Below, piece after piece: positions 14,471-27,518 of a stretch of DNA of 64,000 nt (its first letter is position 1; every line of letters starts with the position of its first letter). A model generated the notes under the pieces. The model saw nothing but the letters and a program-made list of their open reading frames with translations. It searched no databases and had not been told where the DNA came from. This DNA is from Leucoraja erinacea. Its lineage: Eukaryota. The position numbers and the translations under genes were made by a program. Location of the stretch: contig NW_026576120.1 of NCBI RefSeq assembly GCF_028641065.1, positions 124,001-188,000 on the forward strand. Reading direction: 5' to 3'.

Positions 14471-15034
14471 TATATTGAGTCCGTCACTCTCTGCAGCCTT
14501 CTTGTATGTTGGAATTGACGAACCAGGCCACAGTGAAGCCTAACCCCGGTTTCTTTGAACTGAATGCACAACTGACCAGTTATTTATTTCAGAGTTTACA
14601 CCAGTCCCAGTGAGTTTTATTACAATGTATACCTGACCCAACATGGGAACAATTAGCAGCTTTAAATTCCTGGCCATTAATATGTTGGCTGATATACACA
14701 CAGAGACCAGAATATGAATGAACACAATCCAAACCCAAATCTATGATCAGTTTAGTTTAGAGATACAGCAGGGAAACAGGCCCTTCAGCCCACATCGATC
14801 ACCCGTTCACACTAGTTCTATGTTATCCCACATTTGTATCCACTCCCTACACACTAGGGGCAATTTACAGAGGGCAGATTAACCTGCACACCCTCGTGGG
14901 CATGTCTTTGGAACGTGGGAGGAAACCAGAGCACCCAGAGGAAACCCACGCGGTCAACAGGGAGTTTTAGACACAAAATGCTGGAGTAACTCAGCGGGAC
15001 AGGCAGGCAACATCTCTGGAGAAAAGGAATGGGT

Positions 15035-15062
15035 GACGTTTCGGGTCGAGACCCTTCTTCAG
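15035..15062 (-). ncRNA. Minimal hammerhead ribozyme core (Penelope-type), representative copy
   Basis: CUGAAGA-A-GGGUC-UC-GACCC-GAAAC-GUC: core boxes, stem II and a GUC triplet; stem I is weak. Confidence 0.55.
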
Positions 15063-16607
15063 ACTCACAGGGAGAATTCCACACACACACAGAGGTCAGG
15101 ACCGAGCCCAGGTGTCTGGCGCAGTGAGGCAGCAGCACTACCCGCTGCACCGCCCACAGGTGACGTTAGACTTGAACGAGTCTGAAGCCGACTTCTCTGT
15201 CTGTAGATTGTGGGGCGAGTTAGTCTTTCTGTACACGAGGCTCTGTAATCCTTGACGTTTAGGATAGGGACAGAGAACGCCACGGCAATGCGGTGAATTC
15301 CCTCCATGGAGGCTGCCCGACCCACAGAGTTCCTCCAGCACTTTTGTGTTTTGCGTTGGGTGAAAGGTTCCGTTCCTTCTGTTCCCATTTCCTGGTGAAC
15401 CAGCCGCATGTGGTTCCTGACTCCGGAATCTGGGGGTGTGGGGGAGATGGGAGAGGTGGGGAGGAAGGGTGGGAGATTCGGGAGACGCTGTCCAAAGGGT
15501 GGGTGGTCTGGGGGATCCTTCTTGTCTCCCCTGCCCTTGGGAACTCTCCCCCCCCCCACCCCACCCTCCCTCTGGATCTCCCCCCTCGTGTCCCCCCACT
15601 CACCTCCACCCCTGTTCCCCCACTCACCTCCACCACTGGAGTCCCCTCTCTCTCCACTTCCCCTCCACCCACCCCCTCTCTCTCCAGACTTCCCCCCCCC
15701 CCCCCCCCGACTCAGGTTCCCTCGAATAGTGAAAGGCCAGGATAGAGTGGATGTGGAGAGGATGTTTCCACTAGTGGGAGAGTCTAGGACTAGAGGGCAC
15801 AGCCTCAGAATTAAAGGACGTTCGTTCCTTTAGGAAGGAGATGAGGAGGAATTTCTTTAAGTGGTGAATCTGTGGAATTCTTTACCACAGACGGCTGTGG
15901 AGGCCACAAGTCAGTGGATATATTTAAAGGCAGAGATAGATAGATTCCTGATTAGTGCGGGGGTCAGAGGTTATGTGGAGAAGGCAGGAGAATGGGGTTA
16001 GGAGGGAGAGATGGATCAGCCATGATTGAATGGCGGAGTAGACTAGATGGGCTGAATGGACTAATTCTGCTCCTATCACTTATGAAGTGTATGCATCTGG
16101 CCCTTCCCTCACCCACTGGGTCAGCATTTGACCCTATTGCTTCACCCATTGGGAGAGGCTGCAATCTGAACCCCCACCCAGGGAGATAGGGTCAGAACCA
16201 GGCCCTTCGGCCCACTCTCTCTGCTATCCCCTCACATCAACCCCACTGCACTGGGCCCTGGGAGAGAGGGGAAGTGGGTGTCTGAACCAGGCCGTTCAGG
16301 CCACAACCACCCTGCTACCCCGATGCACAGGGCCCTGGGGAGAGAGGTAGTCAGAACCAGCCATTTGGCCCACAACCTCCCTGCTATCCGTTTACATCAG
16401 AAGACACATCAATCCCACTGTTGACTGAGTGATGCAGCAGGGAAACAGGCCCTTTGGCCCACAGAGTGCATGCTGACCAGACACCAGTCCCAACTGGGTG
16501 ACACAACCCTAACCCCTCACCTACTGGGCGACCCTGGATCCCAACCCCTCACCCTTAGGTGACACTTGACCAAAACCAGCCATGCACCGAGTGAGCCTTG
16601 TCCCATT

Positions 16608-16938
16608 GCCTCACCCACTGGGTGACACCCGATCCTCACCCACTGGGTGACACCCGATCCTCACCCACTGGGTGATCCTCACCCACTGGGTGACACCCGA
16701 TCCTCACCCACTGGGTGACACCTGATCCTCACCCACTGGGTGACACCGATCCTCACCCACTGGGTGACACCCGATCCTCACCCACTGGGTGACACCCGAT
16801 CCTCACCCACTGGGTGACACCCGGTCCTCACCCACTGGGTGACACCCGATCCTCACCCACTGGGTGACACCCGATCCTCACCCACTGGGTGACACCCGAT
16901 CCTCACCCACTGGGTGACACCTGGTCCTCACCCACTGG
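16608..16938. repeat. 25-bp palindromic minisatellite (~13 copies)
   Basis: Unit GATCCTCACCCACTGGGTGACACCC. Confidence 0.95.
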
Positions 16939-17011
16939 AGGTGCTGGGGGGAGGAGTCGCTGTGTTGGTCCCTATGTCCGCTGGGTTGGTCCCTAGGGTG
17001 GGGGGTGGGTG

Positions 17012-17497
17012 TCATATGAAGTGTATCCAGCTGGCCCCCCAGTGTTCTGGGGGTGGGGAGGGTGCGGGTGGGGGTGTGGGTACGGGTGGAGCTGCCGATG
17101 CCACTGCCCGTAGCCGGTAGTTAGTGCCGCCGTTGTTGTCCCAGTAGCTGTGAGCACCAGCGGTGAATCGGAGAGCCAGCTGGAGGCCGCCGGTCCCGGC
17201 CCGGGGCAGCGGCGGCGGCAACTCGAAGGCGAAGCGGTCGGTTTGCCGGTCGGTGGAGCCGGGGATGAACCGGGCCGGCGTGTCGGCGTGGGAACGCCAG
17301 CTGTCGGACGAGTGCCGGACCCACACCTCCTTGGTGAAGGCCAAGTTCAGCACCCGCACCGTGCCACGCACACGGTCCCCCTCCACCGACAGCCCCTCCA
17401 GGCAAACCTTGTCCCGGCGCAGACGCTCGCCAAAGCCCGGCTGCCCCAGTGGGTTGGCAAAGGCCGGCTCCAGTCTCCACGGGTGCTGCACCGAGTC
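17012..17497 (-). CDS. PPP1R3E: PPP1R3E-like coding exon 2 (CBM21 glycogen-binding domain)
   Basis: Pyrimidine tract and CAG acceptor at 17500-17498, phase 0. Contains VCLE...GTVRVLNLAFTKEVWVR, DRFAF and YWDNNGGTNY (CBM21 motifs) and ends WIHFI-TGA, the PPP1R3D/E C-terminus. Confidence 0.93.
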   Translation of the reverse strand, partial: DSVQHPWRLEPAFANPLGQPGFGERLRRDKVCLEGLSVEGDRVRGTVRVLNLAFTKEVWVRHSSDSWRSHADTPARFIPGSTDRQTDRFAFELPPPLPRAGTGGLQLALRFTAGAHSYWDNNGGTNYRLRAVASAAPPVPTPPPAPSPPPEHWGASWIHFI

Positions 17498-17524
17498 CTG
17501 CCGAGAGAGAGAGAGAGAGGGGGG

Positions 17525-18360
17525 GGTCAGAACCAGGCCCTTCAGCCCACAACATCACTGCTAGCCCCTTACATCAACCCCTCTTCACGGAACCCTCGCG
17601 AGAGAAGGAGTCAGAACCAGGCCCTTCAGCCCACAACCTCACTGCTAGCCCTTTACATCAACCCCAGAGCCCTGGGAGAGTGGGAGTCAGAATCAGGCCC
17701 TTCAGCCCACAACCTCACTGCTAGCCCCTTACATCAACCCCAGATCTGGGAGTGTAAGGGTCAGAACCAGGCCCTTTGGCCCACAACCTCACCGCTAGCC
17801 CCTTACATCAACCCCACTTCACGGGGTCCTCGCAAGAGAAGGAGTCAGAACCAGGCCCTTTGGCCCACAACCTCACTGCTAGCTTCACGGAGCCCTGGGG
17901 AGAGTGAGGGGTCAGAACCAGGCCCTTCAGCCCACATTCTCTCTGCTAGCCCCCTTACATCAACCCCACTGCACAGAGCTGGGGGGGGGGGGGGTCAGAA
18001 CCAGGCCCTTCAGCCCACAACCTCACTGCTAGCCCCTTACATCAACCCCACTGCACAGAGCCCTGGGGAGAGAAGGAATCAGAACCAGGCCCTTAGGCCC
18101 ACATTCTCTCTGCTAGCCCCTTACATCAACCCCTGAGCCCTGGGAGTGGGAGTCAGAATCAGGCCCTTCAGCCCACAACCTCACTGCTAGCCCCTTACAT
18201 AAACCCCACTGACAGCGCCCTGGGAGAGTGGGAATCAGAATCAGGCCCTTCAGCCCATATTCTCTCTGCTAGCCCCTTACATCAACCCCACTGCCCAGAG
18301 CCCTGGGGAGAGAAGGAGTCAGAATCAGGCCCTTTAGCCCGTAAACTCCCTGCTAGCCCT
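17525..18360. repeat. ~65-80-bp minisatellite
   Basis: Unit core TCAGAACCAGGCCCTTCAGCCCACAACCTCACTGCTAGCCCCTTACATCAACCCC. Confidence 0.92.
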
Positions 18361-19304
18361 CCCGCCAGCAGAATTAATCAAACTATCAAAATTACACCAA
18401 CCCTGCTGCACGGAGGCCCAGGGAGATGGGTCAGAACCAGGCCCTTCGGCCCACTCTCTCTGCTAACCCCTTACATCAACCCTACTGCACTGGGCTCTGG
18501 GGAGAGAGAGGGGGGGGGGGGGGGGTGGGAGTCGGAACCAGGCTGTTCGGGCCACATCCATCCTGCTACCCCGATGCACAGGGCCCTTGGGAGGGAGTTA
18601 GTCAGAACCAGGCCATTCGGCCCGCAACCTCCCTGCTGCCCGTTTACATCAAAAGACACATCAATCCCACTATTGACTGAGAGATGCAGCAAGGGAAACA
18701 GGCCCTTCGGCCCATAGAGTGCATGCTGACCATGAACACCAAACCCAAGAACACTGATCCCGTTTCATTCTCACTGTATTTCCATCAACTCCCCTCGATT
18801 CTGCCCCCCACCCACACACTCCGAGGTTGGGGGGGTGGGGGGAGATTGACAGGGAGAGAGAAGTGAGGGCCATTGAGATCCAGGAGCGTTTGTGAGGATC
18901 CAGCCTCTTTCATCATTTGTTCGGCTCCAGGTCCTTGAAAAATATTTCTTGGCAAGAAAAAAAAATCCGATCTATCTGGGGTTTTAAAATATTAATAGAT
19001 CTCGCATTTCCTGCACTCTCTCCTCCTCGTTTCCTTCTCTTCTCTGGTGGAAATACGACTGGGATTTATTTTAAAAGCTACAACAGCAATGTAGATGTCG
19101 TGATAACCTGCGGGAGGGAACTGCAGATGCTGGTTTACATCGAAGATAAGACAAAAAATGCTGGAGTAACTCAGCGTGACAGGCAGCGTCTCTGGAGAGA
19201 AGGGAGTGGGTGACATTTCGGGTCGGGACCCTTCTTCAGATAGAGTCAGGGGAGAGGAAGATGTAGAGATATGGAAGGCTCCATCCAAGGACCTAAGCAG
19301 TCTT

Positions 19305-19830
19305 TCCAGGTGGGTCAGAGGTTCAACCTCCAACCTCATCTATTGCATCCGCTGCTCTAGGTGTCAGCTGCTCTACATCGGTGAGACCAAGCGTAGGCTT
19401 GGCGATCGCTTCTCCCAACACCTCCGCTCGGTTCACAATAACCAACCTGATCTCCCGGGGGCCCAACACTTCAACTCCCCCTCCCATCCCCAATCTGACC
19501 TTTCTGTCCTGGGCCTCCTCCATGGCCAGAGTGAGTCCCACCGCAAATTGGAGGGAGCAGCTCCTCATATTTCGCTTGGGTAGTTTACACCCCAGCGGTA
19601 TGAACATTGACTTCTCCAATTTCAGGTAGTCCCTCCTTTCTCCCTCCTTCCCCTCCCCTTCCCAGCTCTCCCACAGCCCACTGTCTCCACCTCTTCCTTT
19701 CTTCTTCCCCCCCCCCCCCACACCACCACATCAGTCTGAAGAAGGGTCTCTGCCCGAAACGTCGCCTATTTCCTTCGCTCCATAGATGCTGCCTCACCCG
19801 CTGAGTTTCTCCAGCATTTTTTGTCTACCT
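19305..19830 (+). mobile_element. Penelope-like element 3' fragment (GIY-YIG endonuclease plus downstream hammerhead motif)
   Basis: SNLIYCIRCSRCQLLYIGETKRRLGDRFSQHLRS...HFN GIY-YIG signature, followed by CTGAAGA...GAAACGTC at 19736-19763. Confidence 0.85.
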
Positions 19831-22800
19831 TAGAGATATGGAATGGTGAGGTGTGAAAACAAGGGATCAAAGGGGACATAGTTCAAGGAGAGAGGGAAAG
19901 TAAGGGTTACTTGAAGTTGGAGAAACATAGACAATAGGTGCAGGAGTAGACCATTCGGCCCTTCAAGCCTGCACCGCCATTCAACATGATCATGGCTGAT
20001 CATCCAACTCAGTGTCCTGTACCTGCCTTCTCTCCATACCCCCTGATCCCCTTAGCTACAAGGGCCACATCTAACTCCCTCTTAAAAATAGCCAATGAAC
20101 TGGCCTCAACTACCCTCTGTGGCAGAGAGTTCCAGAGATTCACCACTCTCTGTGTGAAAAATGTTCTTCTCATCTCGGTCTTAAAGGATTTCCCCCTTAT
20201 CCTTAAGCTGTGACCCCTTGTCCTGGACTTCCCCAACATCGGGAACATCGAGAAGTCAATGTTCACACCGCTGGGGTGTAAGCTGCCCAAGCGAAATATG
20301 AGATGCTGCTCCTCCAATCTGCGCTGGGCCTCACTCTGACAATGGAGGAGGCCCAGGACAGAAAGGTCGGTGTGGCAAGTGAACCTCTGCCTCACCTGTC
20401 GGGACTGTCGGGGGCCCTTGGATGGAATCAAGGGAGAAGCTGCCTCAACTACGAGCTGCCGGAGGAGGTAGCTGAGGCAGGTACTATCGCAACATGTAAA
20501 CAGCATTTGGACAGGCACATGGATTTAGGAGGAAAAGAGAGGTTGAGCAAGGACTTTATTCCTTGGAGCGCAGGAGGATGAGGGATGATCTTATAGCAGT
20601 GTGTAAAATCATGAGAGGAATAGATCAGGTAGATGCACAGAGTCTCTTGCCCAGAGTTGGGGAATCGAGGACCAGAGGACATAAGAATTTAAGAATAAGG
20701 GGTAAGCCATTTAGAACAGAGACGAGGCGACACTTTTTCTCACAGAGAGTTGTGAGTCTGTGGAATTCTCTGCCTCAGAGGGCGGTGGAGGCCGGATCTC
20801 CTGATACTTTCAAGAGAGAGCTAGATAGGGCTCTTAAAAATAGCAGAGTCAGGGGATATGGGGAGAAGGCAGGAACGGGTTACTGATTGGGGATGATCAG
20901 CCATGATCACGTTGAATGGGGGTGCTGGCTCGAAGGGCCGAATGGCCTCTACTCCTGCACCTATTGTCTATTGATATAGGTTTATGGTGAGGGGGAGGGG
21001 GAGATTTAATCGGAACCTGAGGGGCAGCTGTTTCACATAGAGGGTGGTTGGTGTACTGAATGAGGAGGTAGTTGAGGCTGGGACTATCGCAACATAGAAA
21101 CATCGAAATTAGGTGCAGGAGTAGGCCATTCGGCCCTTCGAGCCTGCACCGCCATTCAATATGATCATGGCTGATCATCCAACTCAGTATCCCGTACCTG
21201 CCTTCTCTCCATACCCTCTGATCCCCTTAGCCACAAGGGCCTCATCTAACTCCCTCTTAAATATAGCCAATGAACTGGCCTCAACTACCGTCTGTGGCAG
21301 AGAGTTCCAGAGATTCACCACTCTCTGTGTGAAAAAAGTTCTTCTCATCTCGGTTTTAAAGGATTTCCCCCTTATCCTTAAGCTGTGACCCCTTGTCCTG
21401 GACTTCCCGCAACGTTTAAGAAACATTTAGGCAGGTGCATGGATAGGGCAGGTTTGGAGGGAAATGGGCCAAACGCAGGCAGGTGGGACTAGTGCAGATG
21501 GGGCACGTTGGCCGGTGTGTGGGCAAGTTGGGCCGAAGGGCCTGTTTCCACACTGTCACTATAGAACTCAGCGGATCAGTTCATCAAGTCATCAAAGTGC
21601 AGATGCTGCTTAATACATAATTCACAAAGTTCTGGAGTGACTCAGTGTGTCGGGCAGCATCTCTGGAGTGATCTTTCGTGTCGAGACCCTGCTCGAGACT
21701 GATTGTAGAGGGAGGGGAATCCTGGCAAAGAGGATCGGAAGGACAAAGTGTGGCAAGCAACAGATTAACAAACGCTCAGGGTTTTATTTATAAGGTAGAT
21801 GATGAGAAGAAAGGCAAGAGGTAAGAAGAATAGGTGAAGATAAGTGTTTAAGAAGCAACTGCAGATGCTGGAAAATCGAAGGTAGACAAAAATGCTGGAG
21901 AAACTCAGCGGGTGCAGCAGCATCTATGGAGCGAAGGAAATAGGCAACGTTTCGGGACGAAACCCCTTCTTCAGACTTCTGAAAGATTAAGTCGTAGGAG
22001 CAGAAATAGGCCATTCAGCCCATCGAGTCTTCTCTGCCTTGCAATCATGGCTGATCCATCTTATAGACAATAGGGGCAGGAGTAGGCCATTCGGCCCATT
22101 GAGCCAGCACCGCCATTCAATGTGATCATGGCTGATCATCCCCAATCCTGCCTTCTCCCCTGACTCCGCTATCTTTAAGAGCCCTCTCTCTTCCCTCTCA
22201 ATCGCATTCCCCTTCCTTCTCCCCTTTGCCAGAATAGGCAGCATCTCTTGAGGACAGGAGGCAGAGGTGACGTTTCGGGTCGGGACCCTTCCTCACTGAT
22301 TGCAGTCGGGGAGTGAAAGCTGGAGAACTTTTTTCACACAGAGAGTGGTGAATCTCTGGAACTCTCTGCCACAGAGGGTAGTTGAGGCCAGTTAATTGGC
22401 TATATTTAAGAGGGAGTTAGATGTGGCCCTTGTGGCCAAGGGGATTAGAGGGTATGGAGAGAAGGCAGGTACGGGATACTGAGTTGGATGATCAGCCATG
22501 ATCATATTGAATGGCGGTGCAGGCTCAAAGGGCCGAATGGCCTACTCCTGCACCTAATTTCTATGTTTCTATGTAAGCATGCAGGTACAGCAGGCAGTGA
22601 AGAAAGCTAATGGCACGTTGGCCTACATTGCGAGAGGATTTGTGTTTACGAGCAAGGTGGTCCTACTGCAGTTGTACAGGGCCCTGGTGAGACCACACCT
22701 GGAGTATTGTGTGCAATTTTGGCCTCCTAATTCGAGGAAGGACATTCCTGCTATTGAGGGAGTGCAGCGTAGGTTTATTCCCGGGATGGTATGACTGATA

Positions 22801-23486
22801 TATGATGAAAGAATGGGTCGACCGGGCTTATATTAACTGGAGGATGAGTGGGTAACTTATAGAAACATATTACATTCTTAAAGGATTGGATAGGCTAGAT
22901 GCAGGAAAGAAATGGTCCTGATGCTAGGGTAGACCAGAACCAGGGGTTTCATTTATTTAAGAATAAGGGGTAGGCTATTTAGGACTAAGATGAGGAAAAC
23001 GTTCTTCACCTAGAGAGTTATGAATCTGTGGAATTCTCTGCCACAGAAGGCAGTGGAGGCCAATTCACTGGATGTTTTCAAGAGAGCAGAGTCAAGGGAT
23101 ATGGGGGAAAAGCAGGAACGGGGCACTGATTTTAGATGATCAGCCATGATCATATTGAATGGCGGCGCTGGCTGGAAGGGCCGAACGGCCTCTACTCCTG
23201 TACCTATCTTTCTGTGTTTCTATGTCACTATGTTTGGAGATACAGTGTGGAAGCAGGCCCTTCGGCCCATCGAATCTGTGCCGGCCATCATCACACACAC
23301 AGCGCACTAATTCTGTCCTGCACAGTGGGACGGAACCAGAGCACCAGGAGAAAACCCACGCAGGTCACTGGGAGAACGTGCAAACTCCGTACAGGCAGCA
23401 CTCATGGTCAACTGTGGGTAAATGGGATTTTTTTTTTTAAGGGTATCTTAGTCAACGGGAACACGATGGGCTGAAGGGCCTGTTTC

Positions 23487-23775
23487 GGCACGATGGCGCA
23501 GCAACAGAGTTGCTGCCTTACAGCGGCTACAGCTCCAGAGACCCGGGTTCGATCCTGACCACGGGTGCTGTCTGTACGGAGTTTGCAGGTTCTCCCCGTG
23601 ACCAGGTGGGTTTTCTCCGGGCGCTCCGGTTTCCTCCCACACTCCAAAGGCGTCAAGGTTTGCAGGCTGTAAATTCTGCAAGTTGTAAATTGTCCTTAGT
23701 GTGTGTGTGTGGGATAGTACTAGTGATCGCTGGTTAGCACAGACTCAGTGGGCTGAAGGGCCTGTTTCCACACTG
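23487..23775 (+). mobile_element. tRNA-derived V-SINE (HE1-like), representative copy
   Basis: A/B-box head (GGTTCGATCC), V-domain GGGTTTTCTCCGGGCGCTCCGGTTTCCTCCCAC, LINE-shared tail GGGCTGAAGGGCCTGTTTCC; many partial copies elsewhere. Confidence 0.78.
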
Positions 23776-24444
23776 TAAATCTAAAGGTACAAGGATGGGG
23801 AAGGTTTAGAGGGAGATGGGCCAATCCCAGGTAAATTTTTTTAGATGAGGCATCGTAGTCAGCCTGGACATGATGGGCTGAAGGGCCTGTTTCCACACTA
23901 CCCGACTATAATTCTGAGGCACCTTTCAGAGTGCAGGGAGGGAGGGAGTACTGGATTTTCTGAGAAGCCTCAGTCTCTCTACAGGGACTGCAGCAGAGGT
24001 ACTGTTTCAGCTAAAACACTGCCTTTCCGGAACGGGAACATTAACGCGTGGCTAAGTGCTTCCGAGCGTTTGTTTGCTTCATATTTCCACAACCCTGTCC
24101 AGCTGGGCTAGTCCTGTGGCACCTGCTACAAGACATAGGCGCTAAACTAGGCCGTTCGGCCCATCAAGTCTACTCCGCCATTCGATCGTGGCTGATCTAT
24201 CTTTCTATCAAAACCCCATTCTCCTGCCTACTTCCTGTGAGCTTTGATGCCCTTACTAATCAACTACCCATCAATCTCTGCTTTAACAATACCCAAAATG
24301 GCCGCCACCACCGCGCACGCATCAGAATAGCCACCGCCTTCCCTCAACAAAATGGCCGCCACTAGGCACGGTGGCACAGTGGTAGAGCTCGTGCCTTACT
24401 GCACCACAAACCCGGGTTCGATCCTGACTACAGGTGTTGTCTGT

Positions 24445-25200
24445 ATAGAAACATAGAAATTAGGTGCAGGAGTAGAGGCCATTCGGCCCTTCGAGCCTGC
24501 ACCGCCATTCAATATGATCATGGCTGAACATCCAACTCAGTATCCCGTACCTGCCTTCTCTCCATACGCTCTGATCCCCTTAGCCACAAGGGCCACATCT
24601 AACTCCCTCTTAAATATAGCCAATGAACTGGCCTCAACTACCCTCTGCGGCAGAGAGTTCCAGAGATTCACCACTCTACGTGAAAAAAGTTCTTCTCATC
24701 TCGGTTTTAAAGGATTTCCCCCTTATCCGTAAGCTGTGACCCCTTGTCCTGGACTTCCCCAACATCGGGAGCAATCTTCCTGCATCTAGCCTGTCCAACC
24801 CCTTAAGAATTTTGTAAGTTTCTATAAGATCCCCTCTCAATCTCCTAAATTCTAGAGAGTATAAACCAAGTCTATCCAGTCTTTCTTCATAAGACAGTCC
24901 GCACATCACAGGAATCAGTCTGGTGAACCTCTGCACTCCCTCTATGGCAATAATGTCCTTCCTCAGATTTGGAGACAAAAACTGTACGCAATACTCCAGG
25001 TGTGGTCTCACCAAGACCCTGTACAACTGCTGTAGAACCTCCTTGCTCCTATACTCAAATCCTTTTGCTATGAAAGCTAACATACCATTCGCTTTCTTCA
25101 CTGCCTGCTGCACCTGCATGCCTACTTTCAATGACTGGTGTACCATGACACCCAGGTCTCGCTGCATCTCCCCTTTTCCTAGTCGGCCACCATTTAGATA
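24445..25200 (-). mobile_element. CR1/HER1-type LINE 3' fragment (PPP1R3E intron)
   Basis: QRDLGV...KKANGMLAFI...[10 protein letters not shown] peptide. Confidence 0.92.
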
Positions 25201-27518
25201 ATGCAGTTTGTACGTTCTCCCCGTGACCTGCGTGGGTTTTCTCCGAGATCTTTGGTTTCCTCCCATATTCCAAAGACGTACAGGTTTGTAGGTTAATTGA
25301 AGGTACACAAAAAAGCTGGAGAAACTCAGCGGGTGCAGCAGCATCTATGGAGCGAAGGAAATAGGCAACGTTTCGGGCCGAAACCCTTCTTCAGACTTTG
25401 TAGGTTAATTGCTTGGTGTAAATGTAAAATTGTCCCTAGTGTGTAGGGTAGTGTTAATGTGCGAGGATCGTAGGACGGTGCGGATTCGGTGGGCCGAAGG
25501 GCCTGTTTCCCTGCTGTATCTCTAAGCTAAACTAAACTAATCACTGCGTACCTGTCAAAATGGCTGCCGTCTTCCCTCATGTTTCCCTCACCCAAATGGC
25601 CAGTCATCGCGCACAGATCAAAATGGCCACCATCTTTGCTCAACTAAAATGGCCACCTTCACTGCGCACATAGAAACATAGATAATAGGTGCAGGAGAAG
25701 GCCATTCGGCCCTTTGAGCCTGCACCGCCATTCAATATGATCATGGCTGATCATCCAACTCAGTATCCTGTACCTGCCTTCTCTCCATACTCCCTGATCC
25801 CTTTAGCCACAAGGGCCACATCTAACTCCCTCTTAAATATGGCCAATGAACTGTGGCCTCAACTACCTTCTGTGGCAGAGAATTCCACAGATTCACCACT
25901 CTCTGTGTGAAAAATGTTTTTCTCATCTCGGTCCTAAAAGATTTCCCCCTTAGCCTTGAACTGTGACCCCTTGTCCTGGACTTCCCCAACATCAGGAACA
26001 ATCTTCCTGCATCTAGCCTGTCCAACCCCTTATGAATTTTGTACGTTTCTATAAGGTCCCCCCTCAATCTTCTAAATTCTAGCGTGTACAAGCCGAGTCT
26101 ATCCAGTCTTTCTTCATATGAAAGTCCTGACACCCCAAATGGCCGCCTTCACTGTGCTCACATGAAAATGGCCGCCGACCCTTCAACCAAATGGTCAACT
26201 GCACCGCGCACACATCTTAATGGTCGCCATGTTCCCTCAACAAAATGGCCACAGTCACCACGAACACATCAAAATGGTCACCGTCTTCCCTCAACAAAAT
26301 AACCATTCACCACTTCACAACTTCACAATGGCCAGTGCTGTCAATGAAGCAAATAGCCACCATCACCGTGCACAGCAAAATGGACGCTATCTTTGCGTCT
26401 CAAAATGGCTGCCATCTTTCCTTCCCATAATGGCTGCTGTCACGGCACATATCAAAATGGCTGCCGCTCTCTCTGAACTTCACCGCATACCATCGAAATA
26501 ACTGCCTTAATTTCCTCGCAAAATGGTCACTGTCACCACACGTATTAAAAAGACCACCACCTTCCTTCAACAAAATGGTCACTGTCACCACATACATCAA
26601 GATGGCTGCTGTATTTCCATTACAGGATGGCCACTGTGCACATCAAAATGGCTGCCACCTTCCCTTGACAAAACCATCAACGTTACCACTCACACATCAA
26701 GACGGCTGCAGCATTAACCTCAACAAAATGCAAACGGGCTTCCCCAACTGCTCAACTTAATAATAAAGGCAGGGACCAGCTGGTTATTTAGTTTGGAAAT
26801 ACAGCAGGGAAACAGGCCCTTCAGCCCACATCGACCCGTTTGCACTAATTCTGTGTTATCCCACTTTTTCATCCACTCCCTACACACTAGGGGCATTTAA
26901 AAAACATATATACAGAGGGAGAACGTACAAACTCCACAGACACAGACAGCACCCGCGGTCAGGATCGAACCCGGGGGACTCTGTCGCTGTGAGGCAAATG
27001 TGGGTTTCTGGGTTAATTGGCCTCTGTAAGATTGTCCCTATGTGTGTAGGAGAGTGGATGAGTAAGTGGGATCACGGCGAACTACTGTGAACGGGTGATC
27101 GATGGATGGCGTGGACTCGGTGGGCCGAAGGGCCTGTTTCCGTGCCGTATCCCAAAAGTAAATAATAGCGGGGCTACACACACACACACATGCGGAAACG
27201 TGCAAAATAACATGCGTTTTAAAAAAAACTAGAGGCTGGAAATCTGAAACTAAAACACAAAATCACCCAAGCACTCAGCGGGCCAGGCGGCGTCTGTGGA
27301 GGGAAGCGCAGAGCGCATTTAATCTTGAGGCTCTTTCATCCCCTACCCTCCCCTCCATCCACCCCTTTCCTCTACCCCCTCTCCCACCCCTCACCGACCC
27401 TGCCCCCCCCCCCCACTCCCTCCCTCGCTCCCCTCATTCCCTCCCACCCACCGCCCAGAACCATTATCCCCCTCCCTCCCTCTCCCCCATTCCTTCTCAC
27501 CTCCTCTCCCCCCCTCAC

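Noticed and set aside
16608-16938. CRISPR-like palindromic repeat array
   Set aside because: Units are head-to-tail with no unique spacers, there are no cas genes, and the context is vertebrate.
17150-18136. 328-aa plus-strand ORF with QNQALQPTTSLL repeats
   Set aside because: Antisense to PPP1R3E exon 2 plus a minisatellite; no recognisable domain.
23487-23560. tRNA gene
   Set aside because: tRNA-like A/B boxes are the head of a SINE and continue into V-domain and LINE-tail sequence.
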